64,000 nt of DNA from Pirellulaceae bacterium (GCA_965223305.1 CBDCWT010000007.1:36465-100464); one strand, 5' to 3'; shown: positions 47,750 through 58,020, counted from the first letter of the stretch. A program made the numbers and translations. Notes: a model not told the origin generated them from the letters alone.

Positions 47750-49972
47750 TTACCACTGCCGCCAGCCGACCACCTCGAACAATTGGCTGTTCTCTGTTTC
47801 AACATCTAGGTGTATGGGGCGCAGGATCTGTTGCTCTGCGACTAACTCGCGGCGAACGACCTCTCTGGTGACGTAGTCCGAGGAGTAGCCATAGTTACCC
47901 GGGCTGCGGTACCGGTCCAGTTCATGCCAATAGACCATGACATGGGAAATCCGCTGCCTGCGCAACTCGTCGATCCGCTGTTGACGCGTCCGTCCCCGAA
48001 ACAGTTGCTCGAAGACGCAATCGTCGAAGCAGGTGTTGTACAGTACCGGCACGCGCAAGTTAAAGACCTGGGCTTCACCACACAGCAGCGCCCGATGGCC
48101 TGGCCGCAGGGTGTGATTTAGGTAAAGGTGAGCTGGGTGAATGTGGGGATTGTGCTCGTTCAGATCTTCAGGCCCGATCTGCCGCAAATCGTCCAACTTC
48201 ACCCAAAACCGATTGTCGCCGACCGAGCGCGAGCTGATCAAGGTGAGGTTGCTGAGCAAGCTGAATGCCAGCACGCTACCGACTGCGAGGTTCCAGAGCG
48301 GATGCCGCCAGCGGGTCACGCCGAGCCCAGCGAGAACGGCCACAAACGGCAAGTGGGGGATCAAGAACCGCTCCAGCCTATGCGTGAGCAGCCACCACGC
48401 CGAAACCACAAGCAGCAACAACAGGACCGAAACGATCACGAACCAGTTTCTGCGATAGGCAACGAATCCTAACAGTCCAAACGGAACAAGCAGCGGGCTG
48501 GTGAATTGGCTGCCGACGAGCAGCACGAGACCGCTTCGCTGCAACGCTGGCCACGACCAATCGCCCTGTTTTGTGCGATGAGCGTTGGTCCATTGTGCAG
48601 CCTTGGCCGGTGTTCGTGACTTACCGCCGAACAGGTCGTAGAGCAACGGATAGGTGGGGTTGCCCGTGAGGACTGCATTCTTGCCAAGCCACAGTCCTGA
48701 GCCAACTGAGATACCGAGCAGAAAAACAGCAAGTGCCAGCCACGATCCAGAACGCTGCGCCCAGAACGTGCCTAGCAGGAACATTGCGGCCGGGAACGCC
48801 ACGAAGAGGATGGCCGGGTACTTACACGCGATCGCAGCGCCGGCCAGCCAGCCAGCCAGAACGAGCGGTCCTTTCGTCCGCTCGCCGTCTGCCCCGGCCC
48901 AGAGAAACAACGCATGAAAGCAGAGCACCGTGTAGAGAGCCGAGGCTCCTTCGATCAGTCCGGCCATCGAAACAAATCCCACCCAGGGAGTGGAGAGAAA
49001 GACGAGGGCCGCTGCAACGCCGGTTGCCGGCGAGAAAAAACGCCTCCCGAAGCAGTACACCGCCAGTGTCGTAAGGATGGCATAGACTCCGATCAGAGTC
49101 TTGCCAACGAGCGTGCCCCACCACCAGGATTCGTCGCGGCGGAGGGCCTGCATGCCCACGACGGCCGGCAGCTCTGCGGCCAGCGGCATGTTGCCGTAAA
49201 CATTGTGCGGCATGAAGTCGACGCTTCCTTGTAGGTACCACTCCTTTGGGACCTGCGCGTGATACTCGCGGACATCGAAGTGCCAAGGGGGCAGCATCGA
49301 TCCCAGCAGGACGGTGGTCGCGAACGGCGCTGCGAGGACGAGCCCGTAACGGCCGCGGAGAAACCACGGCCCCTGGTCGCGGTCCGGATGCGGCGGCGCC
49401 TGACTTCGCCACAACGGCAACAGCGCGCGGCGCCGCCAGATAGCCACGGCGACCACAAGTCCTGCAGCTGCCAGCGTGACCGAGCCGTATAGCAGGCCAC
49501 CGGCCAGTCCTACTGCCAGCAGAAACGTCGATAGCAAGTTCAACCCGATCGCTTGCGCAAATAGATAGTATTCGAGTCGAGTTGTGCCGCGTGCTAAGCC
49601 GAGTAGCTCGAGTACCACCGCGCCCGCAGCTAAGGAGAGGGTCAGCATGCCGGCGCCGCACAGCAGAATGGGTACGCGATCTGCGAGACCGAAACGCCCC
49701 CAATCGCCCCCGACCCACTCGGTCAACGGTACTTCCGGGACCAGCAGCCAGCTCAACCGTATCTGGAGGCCGACTTCGCGAGCGGGGCTCCAGCCGTAGA
49801 AAACGAGATAATAGGCGGCGACGAAGACCAAGAACAGGATCATCCGCAGATTGAACTGTCGTCCGGGCGCCGGCGCGGCTGAAGTCGGTTCTGAGGGCGG
49901 AGTGTTCAGGTCTGAAGTCTCGAAGTCGGTGGCAAGGCGTTGGGCGTGCCGTGTGGACACGCCATCGTTCAT
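47750..49972 (-). CDS. Large polytopic membrane protein (more than 12 TM) with a C-terminal soluble domain; possibly a GT-C-like glycosyltransferase
   Basis: 740 aa, highly hydrophobic N-terminal 500 aa, C-terminal 230 aa soluble. No diagnostic motif recognised. Confidence 0.45.
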   Translation of the reverse strand: MNDGVSTRHAQRLATDFETSDLNTPPSEPTSAAPAPGRQFNLRMILFLVFVAAYYLVFYGWSPAREVGLQIRLSWLLVPEVPLTEWVGGDWGRFGLADRVPILLCGAGMLTLSLAAGAVVLELLGLARGTTRLEYYLFAQAIGLNLLSTFLLAVGLAGGLLYGSVTLAAAGLVVAVAIWRRRALLPLWRSQAPPHPDRDQGPWFLRGRYGLVLAAPFATTVLLGSMLPPWHFDVREYHAQVPKEWYLQGSVDFMPHNVYGNMPLAAELPAVVGMQALRRDESWWWGTLVGKTLIGVYAILTTLAVYCFGRRFFSPATGVAAALVFLSTPWVGFVSMAGLIEGASALYTVLCFHALFLWAGADGERTKGPLVLAGWLAGAAIACKYPAILFVAFPAAMFLLGTFWAQRSGSWLALAVFLLGISVGSGLWLGKNAVLTGNPTYPLLYDLFGGKSRTPAKAAQWTNAHRTKQGDWSWPALQRSGLVLLVGSQFTSPLLVPFGLLGFVAYRRNWFVIVSVLLLLLVVSAWWLLTHRLERFLIPHLPFVAVLAGLGVTRWRHPLWNLAVGSVLAFSLLSNLTLISSRSVGDNRFWVKLDDLRQIGPEDLNEHNPHIHPAHLYLNHTLRPGHRALLCGEAQVFNLRVPVLYNTCFDDCVFEQLFRGRTRQQRIDELRRQRISHVMVYWHELDRYRSPGNYGYSSDYVTREVVRRELVAEQQILRPIHLDVETENSQLFEVVGWRQW

Positions 49973-50047
49973 TTTGTGCCCCTGTTAGGCTGAGCTATCA
50001 TTGAAGAAGCCCTGAGTTTAATCACCTCTTCGACGACTGCCGAGCCA

Positions 50048-51064
50048 ATGTCCGCCAACGTGCCGCTGAAAGGCATTTTCACGCCGAATATCGTGCCGCT
50101 GGATCCGCGCGGCGAGATCAACGAGCCGGAGCTGCGGCGGTATGTTGATTGGTTGATCGATCGCGGTGTCCATGGGCTCTATCCCAACGGGTCGACCGGC
50201 GAATTCACGCGGTTTACCGCTGAGGAGCGACGCCGGATTATCGAGATCATGGCCGATCAAGCGGACGGCCGTGTGCCGATCCTGGCCGGTGCAGCGGAGG
50301 CGAACACTCGCGAGACGATCCGAGCTTGCGAACATTACTTCGACTTGGGCGTGCGGGCGGTGGCGGTGGTCGCCCCCTTCTACTACAAGCTGTCGGCTCA
50401 TGGCGTCTATGCCTACTTCAAGGAGATCGCCGACAACTCGCCCGTCGACGTGACTCTCTACAACATCCCCATGTTCGCCTCGCCGATCGACGTTCCGACC
50501 GTCGAGAAGTTGGCAGGCGAGTGCCCGCGAGTGGCCGCGATCAAAGATTCCTCAGGCGACCTTCCGCACATGATGCGGATGATTGCGGCGGTTCGACCTA
50601 CCCGCCCCGATTTCGCCTTCATGACCGGCTGGGACGCGGCGCTGATGCCCATGCTTTTGATCGGCTGCGATGGAGGGACGAATGCGACCAGCGGCGTCGT
50701 TCCTGAGATCACCAAGCGCCTCTACGAACTGACAGTGCAAGGAAACCTGAGCGAGGCCAGAGACCTGCAATACCGGCTGCTGACGTTGTTCGACGCCATG
50801 ATTGGATCCTCCGAGTTCCCCGAGGGATTTCGAGCTGCGCTGAGGCTGCGAGGTATCGAAACGGGCATCGGCCGGCAACCGCAGTCTTTAGTCCAGCAGC
50901 AGGCACTCGGGCGGCTCAGCGAACAGCTGCAGTGCCTGCTGGCAGAGGAAGGGTTCAGCGAGGAGCCTGTCGCGGGCTGCCCGGCCGGCCAACCGGCTGA
51001 CCCCGAGCAGATTGCCCGAATTGTCAAGAACGTGCTTGGAGAACTACGCCGGCGAGGTGTATAA
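50048..51064 (+). CDS. DapA-family (dihydrodipicolinate synthase/NAL) class I aldolase
   Basis: TIM-barrel lyase motifs GSTGEF and the Schiff-base lysine region AIKDSSGD. 338 aa. Confidence 0.75.
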   Translation: MSANVPLKGIFTPNIVPLDPRGEINEPELRRYVDWLIDRGVHGLYPNGSTGEFTRFTAEERRRIIEIMADQADGRVPILAGAAEANTRETIRACEHYFDLGVRAVAVVAPFYYKLSAHGVYAYFKEIADNSPVDVTLYNIPMFASPIDVPTVEKLAGECPRVAAIKDSSGDLPHMMRMIAAVRPTRPDFAFMTGWDAALMPMLLIGCDGGTNATSGVVPEITKRLYELTVQGNLSEARDLQYRLLTLFDAMIGSSEFPEGFRAALRLRGIETGIGRQPQSLVQQQALGRLSEQLQCLLAEEGFSEEPVAGCPAGQPADPEQIARIVKNVLGELRRRGV

Positions 51065-51143
51065 GGGAGGGGAGCGTTCCGCTCCTTTTCTTTTGCCATC
51101 CTCGTCCTTACCGCTGGCCACGACTGTTCCGTAGGAGGCAACG

Positions 51144-52310
51144 GTGAAATCCAAGCGAACCGCGACAGCTGTAACGATGGTCCTGTTGCTGGCCCTTGTG
51201 GTGGCCGGAAGGCTGGGGATCTGGGAACCAGGTACAGCAGCTGCGCCGCCCGCGGTTGCCGACGCACCGGCCGCAGTTGCCGACGCGCCCGCGCGCATCC
51301 GAGTGTCCAACGTGGTCTCGCTGCGAGCCCGTGTTGACAAAGAGGTGACGGTCTATGGCCGCGTGGAAAGAACGAACAAGTCGCGCAGCGGCCATCAGTT
51401 CCTCAACTTCAGGGATACCGAACTGACGGTAATCTGCCGGTCCGCGGATGTCGCCAATTTCAAGAATGGGGCTCCGGCCGATCGTTACCGCGGCAAAGAT
51501 GTCGAGGTGACTGGCCGGCTGGAACTATACAAGGAAAAGCTGCAAATCCGTTTGCGTGACCCACGCCAGATTCGGATCGTCCAGCCGGAAACCCCGGCAA
51601 AGATCGCCGGCGTTGAGTTAAGGGAGATACGGCGGAATCACTGGTTGAGCCCCGCGGGTTTGGTTTACAAGGGCTACGATCCCGGCGGCTTGACGCGTGT
51701 CGAGCATGTCGAGCGGCATGCGCGCGACATTCCTGATCGGGATGGTCCTCATGGCGTGTTCGACGGTGGATCGAGCGTGGCCTTCGCCACGATCGACGAG
51801 GCGTGGAAAATCGCACAAAAGAAGCGGCTCAAAGCTAGAGTCGAGGGCGATCGGAGCTTGTACAACGTGCCCATGGGCAGGCGGGTTGGGTACCTGGGAG
51901 GGCGTGTTGGCAAACGGAAAAGACATCCTGCGCTGACACGCGTTCAAATCGTGTTTGAAACCGGGAACCAAGAACATTGTCACCGCCTTCCCGAGGGAAC
52001 GTTGATCATGCGGCCAGAACAGGTGCCTCATCTAGCCCACTGTGGCTTTTGTGATCAAGGAATGTTGCGCTTGATGCGCTGCAGCGACTGCCAGCAGATC
52101 CTGGCAGTCTGTGACGAGTGTGAGTTGATTTGGCAGGACCTGGAGCAGGTGCGCGAAGATCCCCAGATTCGTGCCCAGGGGGCGCACCCGTACTGCCCGG
52201 CGTGTGGAACGAAGCACGCCACCTGGGCGTTGCTCGACGAGGAGTCGATCGCCGAGGCGAACCTCAAACATCTCTTCATTCCCCATGGTGGGGAGGAAGA
52301 GCGAGCATAG
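51144..52310 (+). CDS. Secreted hypothetical protein: N-terminal OB-fold-like domain plus a C-terminal multi-CxxC zinc-finger region
   Basis: Signal peptide. VTVYGRVER...VEVTGRLELYKEKLQIRL resembles an OB fold. The C-terminus carries CGFCDQG, CSDC, CDEC and CPACG pairs. Confidence 0.45.
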   Translation: MKSKRTATAVTMVLLLALVVAGRLGIWEPGTAAAPPAVADAPAAVADAPARIRVSNVVSLRARVDKEVTVYGRVERTNKSRSGHQFLNFRDTELTVICRSADVANFKNGAPADRYRGKDVEVTGRLELYKEKLQIRLRDPRQIRIVQPETPAKIAGVELREIRRNHWLSPAGLVYKGYDPGGLTRVEHVERHARDIPDRDGPHGVFDGGSSVAFATIDEAWKIAQKKRLKARVEGDRSLYNVPMGRRVGYLGGRVGKRKRHPALTRVQIVFETGNQEHCHRLPEGTLIMRPEQVPHLAHCGFCDQGMLRLMRCSDCQQILAVCDECELIWQDLEQVREDPQIRAQGAHPYCPACGTKHATWALLDEESIAEANLKHLFIPHGGEEERA

Positions 52311-52319
52311 TCTTCTTCC

Positions 52320-52800
52320 CTTGGGGAGAATCGGCCCAAAGGGCCGCAGAGGGGGGAGCCCCTCGCCGGATGCACTTAGCGCCGCTTGTTCGGGGCTACC
52401 GGCTCACCAGAAATCAGCCGGAATGCGTTAGCATCCGGTTTTGTGAACCGTGGGCTAACGCCCAGCGGCTGATCTGGAGTGTAGCCGAACTCGCCAGAGT
52501 TTGGCGGACTACAGAAGGTAGGCCGAAACAAGCGGCTGGAGAGATATCGATTTCTCGCCAGACGTAGCCGCCGCGCCGTTCCGGCTGGGCCCAGGGCTCG
52601 AGGCGTTTCAGTTTTAGCGCGACGCCTAACCAGCCCCCGCCGGAACGGCGCAGCGGAGAGATCGTACGCAGCCGGATGCACTTAGCGCCGCTTGTTCCGG
52701 CCTACCGGCTCACCAGAAATCAGCCGGAATGCGTTAGCATCCGGTTTTGTGAACCGTGGAGCGTAGCCGAACTCGCCAGAGTTTGGCGGACTGCAGAGCC
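52320..52800. repeat. Nested repeat block: family B units interleaved with family C units, with a duplicated 130-bp segment at 52371 and 52675
   Basis: cttcccttggggagaatcggcccaaagggccgcagagggggg; aaccgtgggctaacgcccagcggctgatctggagtgtagccgaactcgccagagtttggcgg; and ggatgcacttagcgccgcttgttccggcctaccggctcaccagaaatcagccggaatgcgttagcatccgg (twice). Confidence 0.85.
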
Positions 52801-52842
52801 CAGTGCGCGCTTGCGACGCGGCCGTCTCGATCTCGATCTCGG

Positions 52843-53367
52843 TCACGGTGTGAGGTATCTGAAGAAGTTTCTCAGCGGCTGGCCTGGCACATAGGCCTTT
52901 GGCTGGCCTAACAGACCGGCACCGACATAGGATGGGTAGGCACCGTAGCCGGCGCTGCGTGGCGCGTACGACGGGCGGGCGGTGATGGTGGGCCACTTTC
53001 CGGCCAGCCTGCGGTTCATGACAGGGTAGCTGGACGTGTACGGCGTTGCCTGCTGCCCGTAGTAAGCGGGTTGGTAGAGCGGGGCCGCGTAGCCAGGAGA
53101 CGTATAGGGATTCGCGTAGACGGGGGGCGCGACCGTCGTCAGGCCGCCGTAGGATGGAATGGGTTGCGTTTGATAGCTGGGAGGCAGTGCAGGCGCTATC
53201 GCAGCCGCCGGCGCCGCGTAGGCGGCCGGGGCATTGTAGTAGGGCGAATTGTAGGTCGTTCCGTAGCATGGGTTTGCCACCAAGCTGCCGCAACCTTGAC
53301 CCCAGACCGGCGAGTTGGCGCTGACTACCAGCCCAGCGCAGGCAAGCACGAGCATCCCGCATCTCAT
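52843..53367 (-). CDS. Secreted low-complexity Tyr/Pro/Ala-rich protein
   Basis: AGGAGG sequence upstream of ATG at 53367. Signal peptide MRCGMLVLACAGLVVSANSPVWGQ. Repetitive YxxP-type composition. Confidence 0.4.
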   Translation of the reverse strand: MRCGMLVLACAGLVVSANSPVWGQGCGSLVANPCYGTTYNSPYYNAPAAYAAPAAAIAPALPPSYQTQPIPSYGGLTTVAPPVYANPYTSPGYAAPLYQPAYYGQQATPYTSSYPVMNRRLAGKWPTITARPSYAPRSAGYGAYPSYVGAGLLGQPKAYVPGQPLRNFFRYLTP

Positions 53368-53568
53368 GGCAATCCTCCTGTGTGAAATGGACTGCCTGTT
53401 AGCAAAGCAATTTGTATGCCGCCCAGGGTGGCCTCGCGACGGCACTTTCCTTTAGTCCGGGCAGGATTGGCATTTAGCCCACAGAAAGGAGCTGAATCAA
53501 ACTCAACTGCTAGCGGTGACGGCCTGTAGGAATTGCAGGAGCGGCGTCTTCGCCCCTCGCGCATCTTA

Positions 53569-53743
53569 TCCCGAATTATTCATGAGCGATCTGCTGCGAG
53601 GTCGTAAGTCCATCCGTGGCTTCGTCACGCGTCACAATTCTCCCTCGACGTATTGCTTCAATACGCCAGCGGAAGAATTGCTCGCCTTCCTTGCCACGAA
53701 CGTACTTACAACCTCTCGCGACGATCTTCATGAATAATCCGGG
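53569..53743. mobile_element. MITE-like element, family E, second copy; 16-bp TIRs enclose a 51-codon ORF (53582..53737, + strand)
   Basis: cccgaattattcATGagc...cttcatgaaTAAtccggg. The three substitutions relative to the copy at 30869-31042 are all non-synonymous in the ORF. Confidence 0.8.
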
Positions 53744-53787
53744 TTATCCCACTTGACCTCGGTTTCCTTTTTTTCACCCGAGCAAAC

Positions 53788-54231
53788 ATGGTCCTTTCGA
53801 CGAGAACTCCCGAAGGCTGGCCAAACAGATGTCCGCTGTGCGGTAAGGATGTTCGCATCGAGCCTTCACCTGAAACGCTGGATGCACCCTGCCCTCACTG
53901 CGGCGGACTTCTCTGGTTCGCTTCCTCTGGTGACGTTGCTCCGATTCTCGATCCAAGCCGATCACCCAGCGATCTTGTGCCTGCAGATATTGCTGACGAC
54001 ATCAGCATCCCAACCTATCTGCTTGAACTTATCCCGCATTCGGTTGCGTGGGAAAATCGTGTTCTCCCCGTCGCGGAAACTCGCGAAAGCCTGATCGTTG
54101 CTTTGGCCGATCCGACCGACATCGATACCGTTGACAAGTTGCAGTTCATCCTCAATCGGCGCATCCAGGTGGTCCATGTCGCGGCAGATTGGCTCGACGA
54201 TCAGCTTCGTCAGCGCTATGGCAATCAGTAA
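53788..54231 (+). CDS. Standalone GspE_N (T2SS protein E N-terminal / MshEN-like) domain protein with an N-terminal zinc ribbon
   Basis: CPLCGK...CPHCGG ribbon, then IPTYLLELIPHSVAWENRVLPVAETRESLIVALADPTDIDTVDKLQFILNRRIQVV, the GSPII_E_N pattern. Confidence 0.6.
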   Translation: MVLSTRTPEGWPNRCPLCGKDVRIEPSPETLDAPCPHCGGLLWFASSGDVAPILDPSRSPSDLVPADIADDISIPTYLLELIPHSVAWENRVLPVAETRESLIVALADPTDIDTVDKLQFILNRRIQVVHVAADWLDDQLRQRYGNQ

Positions 54232-54289
54232 CAGACAGCAAACGCCAAACGAACTACATTAGACCTGGTCCGGCCTGCTACTTCAGAGC

Positions 54290-54795
54290 CCGGAGAAAGT
54301 AGGCCGGAACAAGCGGCGGGAGAGCTCTGGCTTCACACTCCGTGAGCGCCGCGCTGTTCCGGCGACGCATCCAACCGGTGTTGCCGGAACAGCGCGGCGT
54401 GGGAAAATCGTAGGCACAGGGATGGCTGCTGGCGCCGCTTGTTCCGGCCTACCGCTCTGTGCGGTTTCTGCAATCCGCCAAACTCTGGCGAGTTCGGCTA
54501 CGCTGCCAATCAGCCGCTGGGCGTTAGCCCACGGTTCATCCGAAAACCGGATGCTAACGCATTCCGGCTGATGGCCGTCCTCCCTGGAGTTGCGATTGGC
54601 TGTTCGCGAGAAAGTAGGCCGGAACAAGCGGCGGGAGAGCTCTGACTTCACACTCCGTGAGCGCGGCCTGTTCCGGCGACGTATCCAACCGGTGTTGCCG
54701 GAACAGCGCGGCGTGGGAAAATCGTAGGCACAGGGATGGCTGCTGGGCGCCGCTTGTTCCGGCCTACCGCTCTGCGTTTGGCAGGCGGACGGCAC
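54290..54795. repeat. Composite repeat: a family C unit (about 150 bp, 20-bp TIRs gtaggccggaacaagcggcg), a family B fragment, then a second family C unit
   Basis: The two C units at 54296-54440 and 54608-54765 are near-identical. The central part matches family B (gccaaactctggcgagttcggctacgctgccaatcagccgctgggcgttagcccacggtt). Confidence 0.85.
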
Positions 54796-54814
54796 ACGGA
54801 GTGTGCCTGCTACC

Positions 54815-56371
54815 TTATTTGGATTCGGCGTTTTTACCGAAACCGAGCAGCAGTATGGCCAGCACCACGACGCCGGATGGCAGGAGAAACCAGACCGAAA
54901 CACCGTAGCCCGTGGGAATCGTCCCGCAGAGGACGGACACCGCAGCGACGGCGAGTGCGTAGGGCATCTGTGTGCGGACGTGAGCAATGTGATCGCAGCC
55001 GCTGGCCTGCGATGAAAGCACGGTCGTATCGGAGATGGGTGAACAGTGATCGCCAAAGATCGCGCCCGCCAGCACGCTGCCAATCGTGGCGATCATCAGC
55101 GGATCAGCAGCAGGTCCGATCGCCGCTTCGCCCGAGAGCATCTGAACCGCAGCGCGGATGACCAAGGGCATTAGGATACCCATTGTGCCCCAACTCGTAC
55201 CGGTTGCGAAAGCGACCAACGCGGCGAGCAAGAACACGACGGTCGGCATCCAGCGGATGTCGATTGTCTGTGCTAAGGTGCCTGCCAGGAATGTCCCCGT
55301 GCCCAAGTGCTCGTCGTCGGTCAGTCCGGACAGGGTCCAGGCCAACCAGAGAATCACCAAGGCTGGCAGTACCTGACGTGCCCCCGCCAGCGCACACTCC
55401 CGCGTCTGCTCGAGACTCAGCAGACCCCGCCTGTTGGCCAACACGACTGCTGTGGCCAGCCCGGCCAGAGCGCCGTAGACGAGGGCTAAGTACGAGTCGC
55501 CGCTGCCAAACTGATGGAGCCAACCACGCTCACTGCTCGGATCGGCGGCCGAGGCCCGTGCTCCAGTGGTGAAGATCAGAGCTACCGTGACCGCCAGCAC
55601 CGCCACGATGGGCAGCACGGCGTCGAGCCAATGTCCAGACGCGGCTGAGGTGTCCCCGGTGGCCTCCGCCTTGCGTTTGACGGCCTGACGTTCGGCGCGC
55701 GACATCGGCGGTAAGTCTCTGCCCAATAGCGCGACCAAGGGGACCATGGCCAGTGCCCAGACCACATAGAACCGATACGGAATCGTTGCAATGAAGATTT
55801 GCAGTCCATCAACCGGCAACTCGACCTCCGAGAACCCGTCCCGAATGAAGCCGATCTCGCCGGCCACCCAAGTCGAGATGAGCGCGAGTCCCGCTACCGG
55901 TGCCGCCGTGGAATCGACCAGGTAGGCCAGCTTCTCGCGAGAGATCTTCAGCCGGTCGGTCAGCGGTCGCATAGTGTTACCGAGCAGCAGCGAGTTGGCG
56001 TAGTCGTCGAAGAAGACCACCATTCCCAGCAGCCAGACGGTTAGCTGCCCACTCCGGCGTGAACGGGCCAAGGGTGACAGGCCCCGCACCAGGGCTTCAA
56101 ACCCGCCGGCGTGCCGCATCACCCCAACCAAGGCACCCATCAAGCTAGTAAAGACGAAGACCCGCAAGTGGTCCGGGTCCACGAGGCTCGGCCACAGATG
56201 CTGCTCGCAAACCGCTGCTACGGTTGCAACGGGATTTCCGCCGGTCAACAGCAGCCCGCCCGCGACGACTCCCGCCAACAGGGAGCTGAAGATGCGGCGT
56301 GTGATAATCGCCGACGCGATCGCGACCGTCGGAGCGAGTAGGCTCAGCCAGCCGTACGGATGTTCGGACAT
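54815..56371 (-). CDS. nhaC: NhaC-family Na+/H+ antiporter
   Basis: About 12 TM helices. NhaC-like conserved segments (GNTMRPLTDRLKISREKLAYLVDSTAAP). Start placed at MSEHPYGW. Confidence 0.75.
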   Translation of the reverse strand: MSEHPYGWLSLLAPTVAIASAIITRRIFSSLLAGVVAGGLLLTGGNPVATVAAVCEQHLWPSLVDPDHLRVFVFTSLMGALVGVMRHAGGFEALVRGLSPLARSRRSGQLTVWLLGMVVFFDDYANSLLLGNTMRPLTDRLKISREKLAYLVDSTAAPVAGLALISTWVAGEIGFIRDGFSEVELPVDGLQIFIATIPYRFYVVWALAMVPLVALLGRDLPPMSRAERQAVKRKAEATGDTSAASGHWLDAVLPIVAVLAVTVALIFTTGARASAADPSSERGWLHQFGSGDSYLALVYGALAGLATAVVLANRRGLLSLEQTRECALAGARQVLPALVILWLAWTLSGLTDDEHLGTGTFLAGTLAQTIDIRWMPTVVFLLAALVAFATGTSWGTMGILMPLVIRAAVQMLSGEAAIGPAADPLMIATIGSVLAGAIFGDHCSPISDTTVLSSQASGCDHIAHVRTQMPYALAVAAVSVLCGTIPTGYGVSVWFLLPSGVVVLAILLLGFGKNAESK

Positions 56372-57774
56372 GTCGTCGGGTCGCTGGGCAGGCGGAGCGT
56401 AAACCGTGCGCCGCCGAGTGGGACGTTTTCGACATCGATTGTGCCGCCGTGCAGCGTGACAATACGCCAGCATTTCGAGAGCCCTAAGCCGAGCCCTCGG
56501 CCAGCTTCACGTCCCGAAAAGAAAGGGTCAAACAGATGGCGACGCACTTCGTCGGAGATTCCCGGTCCGGTGTCGGTGATCGTCAGTTCGAGCCACTGGT
56601 CGTCTTCAACACGCACGCCGCGACCGCAAACTTCAACTTGCCCGCCCAGATCAATCGCTTCGATCGAGTTGCGAAGCATCGCCGCAAGAGCCACCGAGAG
56701 CTGTTCGTCATCAGCAACCATCTGTGGAGGGAGCGTCTCGAATCGATGTCGTAAGAGCGTACCCTGGGCCTCTGCCTGAGGCGTTAACTCTCCGATGACT
56801 GCCGAGACCAGCTGTTGGACGTCGATTGGCCGCGGAACATTCTGCGGCGGTTTGGCGAACAGCATCATGTCGGAGATCATCTCGTGTGCGCGGAAAGCCT
56901 GCGCGCCAATCGTCGCCAGCTTTCTCCTGCGGTCGGGGTCCGTTTCGTCCCGCAGCAGCGTCTGGGCTCGTGTGGAGATGTTCGCCAGAGGGTTGTTGAT
57001 CTCGTGGCTGGCCCCATAGGCAAGCTGGCGCAGCGAGGCCAGCTTTTCTTGTTCGAGCACGCGGTCAAAGTCGGACTCCAGCTGACCGAGGCGTCCGCGG
57101 ACGCGGGCCAGGCGAGGCAGCGCCGCGGCCAGGCTCGGTTCCGCCGTGGTCGATATCCAGCGGCCGGATACCGCACGCAGCAACTTCTTCTTAGGCGGTC
57201 GCCGAGAATGCCGTCGTACGGCGGCGGCGATGGTGGCCAGAGGCTCACGCAGCGCATGCCCCGATTCGAGCTGCTTAAGTGAATCTGCAAGCCAGCCGGG
57301 AAGACATGCTAGCGCCGCTGTACCGGCATCCGAGCGTTGAGCCCCTGCTAGCCAGCTCGCCGAATTGTGCAGCAAACCCAATAGGTAGGCCGGCGACTTG
57401 CGCGCCGCCGACTTCTTGCTCTTGCCGGCGACTGCCCGGCGGGCCACCGCGACGCTCTGCAGGGCCAGCGGCATCCAAGTTTCTACCAGCGTACGACCGT
57501 CCGTAATGGGCTCGCAATCGACCAAGAGCATCTCCGCGGCTCCGGCGAGCCAGTGGGCGACGTCGACGACAGCGATGTTGGGCTCAAGCTCGTGACCTGC
57601 CCGGCAGACGACCCACAGCGCCAGACCCGGCTCCTGAGGCAAGACGTCAGCGAGATGCGCACACCGAGCGTCCCCATCTTCGAGTAGTCCCCAGGCGAGT
57701 TCGGCGGCTCCGCGGACCGAGACCGGAATGCGTGCGGTGAAGTTGTCGGATCGAAGCTCGGGAAGGAAGAACAT
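56344..57774 (-). CDS. Cytoplasmic sensor histidine kinase
   Basis: H-box YGASHEINNPLANI. The N, G1 and G2 boxes of HATPase_c are all present (DTGPGISDEVRRHLFDPFFSG...GLGLGLS). No TM segments. Confidence 0.75.
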   Translation of the reverse strand: MFFLPELRSDNFTARIPVSVRGAAELAWGLLEDGDARCAHLADVLPQEPGLALWVVCRAGHELEPNIAVVDVAHWLAGAAEMLLVDCEPITDGRTLVETWMPLALQSVAVARRAVAGKSKKSAARKSPAYLLGLLHNSASWLAGAQRSDAGTAALACLPGWLADSLKQLESGHALREPLATIAAAVRRHSRRPPKKKLLRAVSGRWISTTAEPSLAAALPRLARVRGRLGQLESDFDRVLEQEKLASLRQLAYGASHEINNPLANISTRAQTLLRDETDPDRRRKLATIGAQAFRAHEMISDMMLFAKPPQNVPRPIDVQQLVSAVIGELTPQAEAQGTLLRHRFETLPPQMVADDEQLSVALAAMLRNSIEAIDLGGQVEVCGRGVRVEDDQWLELTITDTGPGISDEVRRHLFDPFFSGREAGRGLGLGLSKCWRIVTLHGGTIDVENVPLGGARFTLRLPSDPTTCPNIRTAG

Positions 57775-57829
57775 GCCCGTGGTAATACCCGGGGGCCAGA
57801 CGTAGCAATCCGACGCGTGTGGTGAAAAC

Positions 57830-58020
57830 GACGCGTACTCAAAACCCGAAGCGTGAGCGAGGGAACGATCGGCGATGGTACACCAACTTCTCCCTCGCCC
57901 TTTTGGAGCTGCCCGTTTGGCTCAATCGAAACCCGAAGCGTAAGCGAGGGAAGAACTTGCGATGGTACGCTAACTCCCCCTCGCTTACGCTTCGGGTTAC
58001 GAAAAGCGCGAACGCGCATC
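57830..58020. repeat. Dispersed hairpin repeat family A, two units
   Basis: aaacccgaagcgtgagcgagggaa...tccctcgccc and aacccgaagcgtaagcgagggaag...ccctcgcttacgcttcgggttacg. Confidence 0.85.

Noticed and set aside
51450-51950. Faint resemblance of the middle of the 51144-52310 protein (DRSLYNVP...IVFETGNQEHCH) to barnase/RNase T1-family active-site segments.
   Set aside because: Only short, gapped similarity. The catalytic residue spacing could not be matched by eye. It is too weak to call a nuclease.
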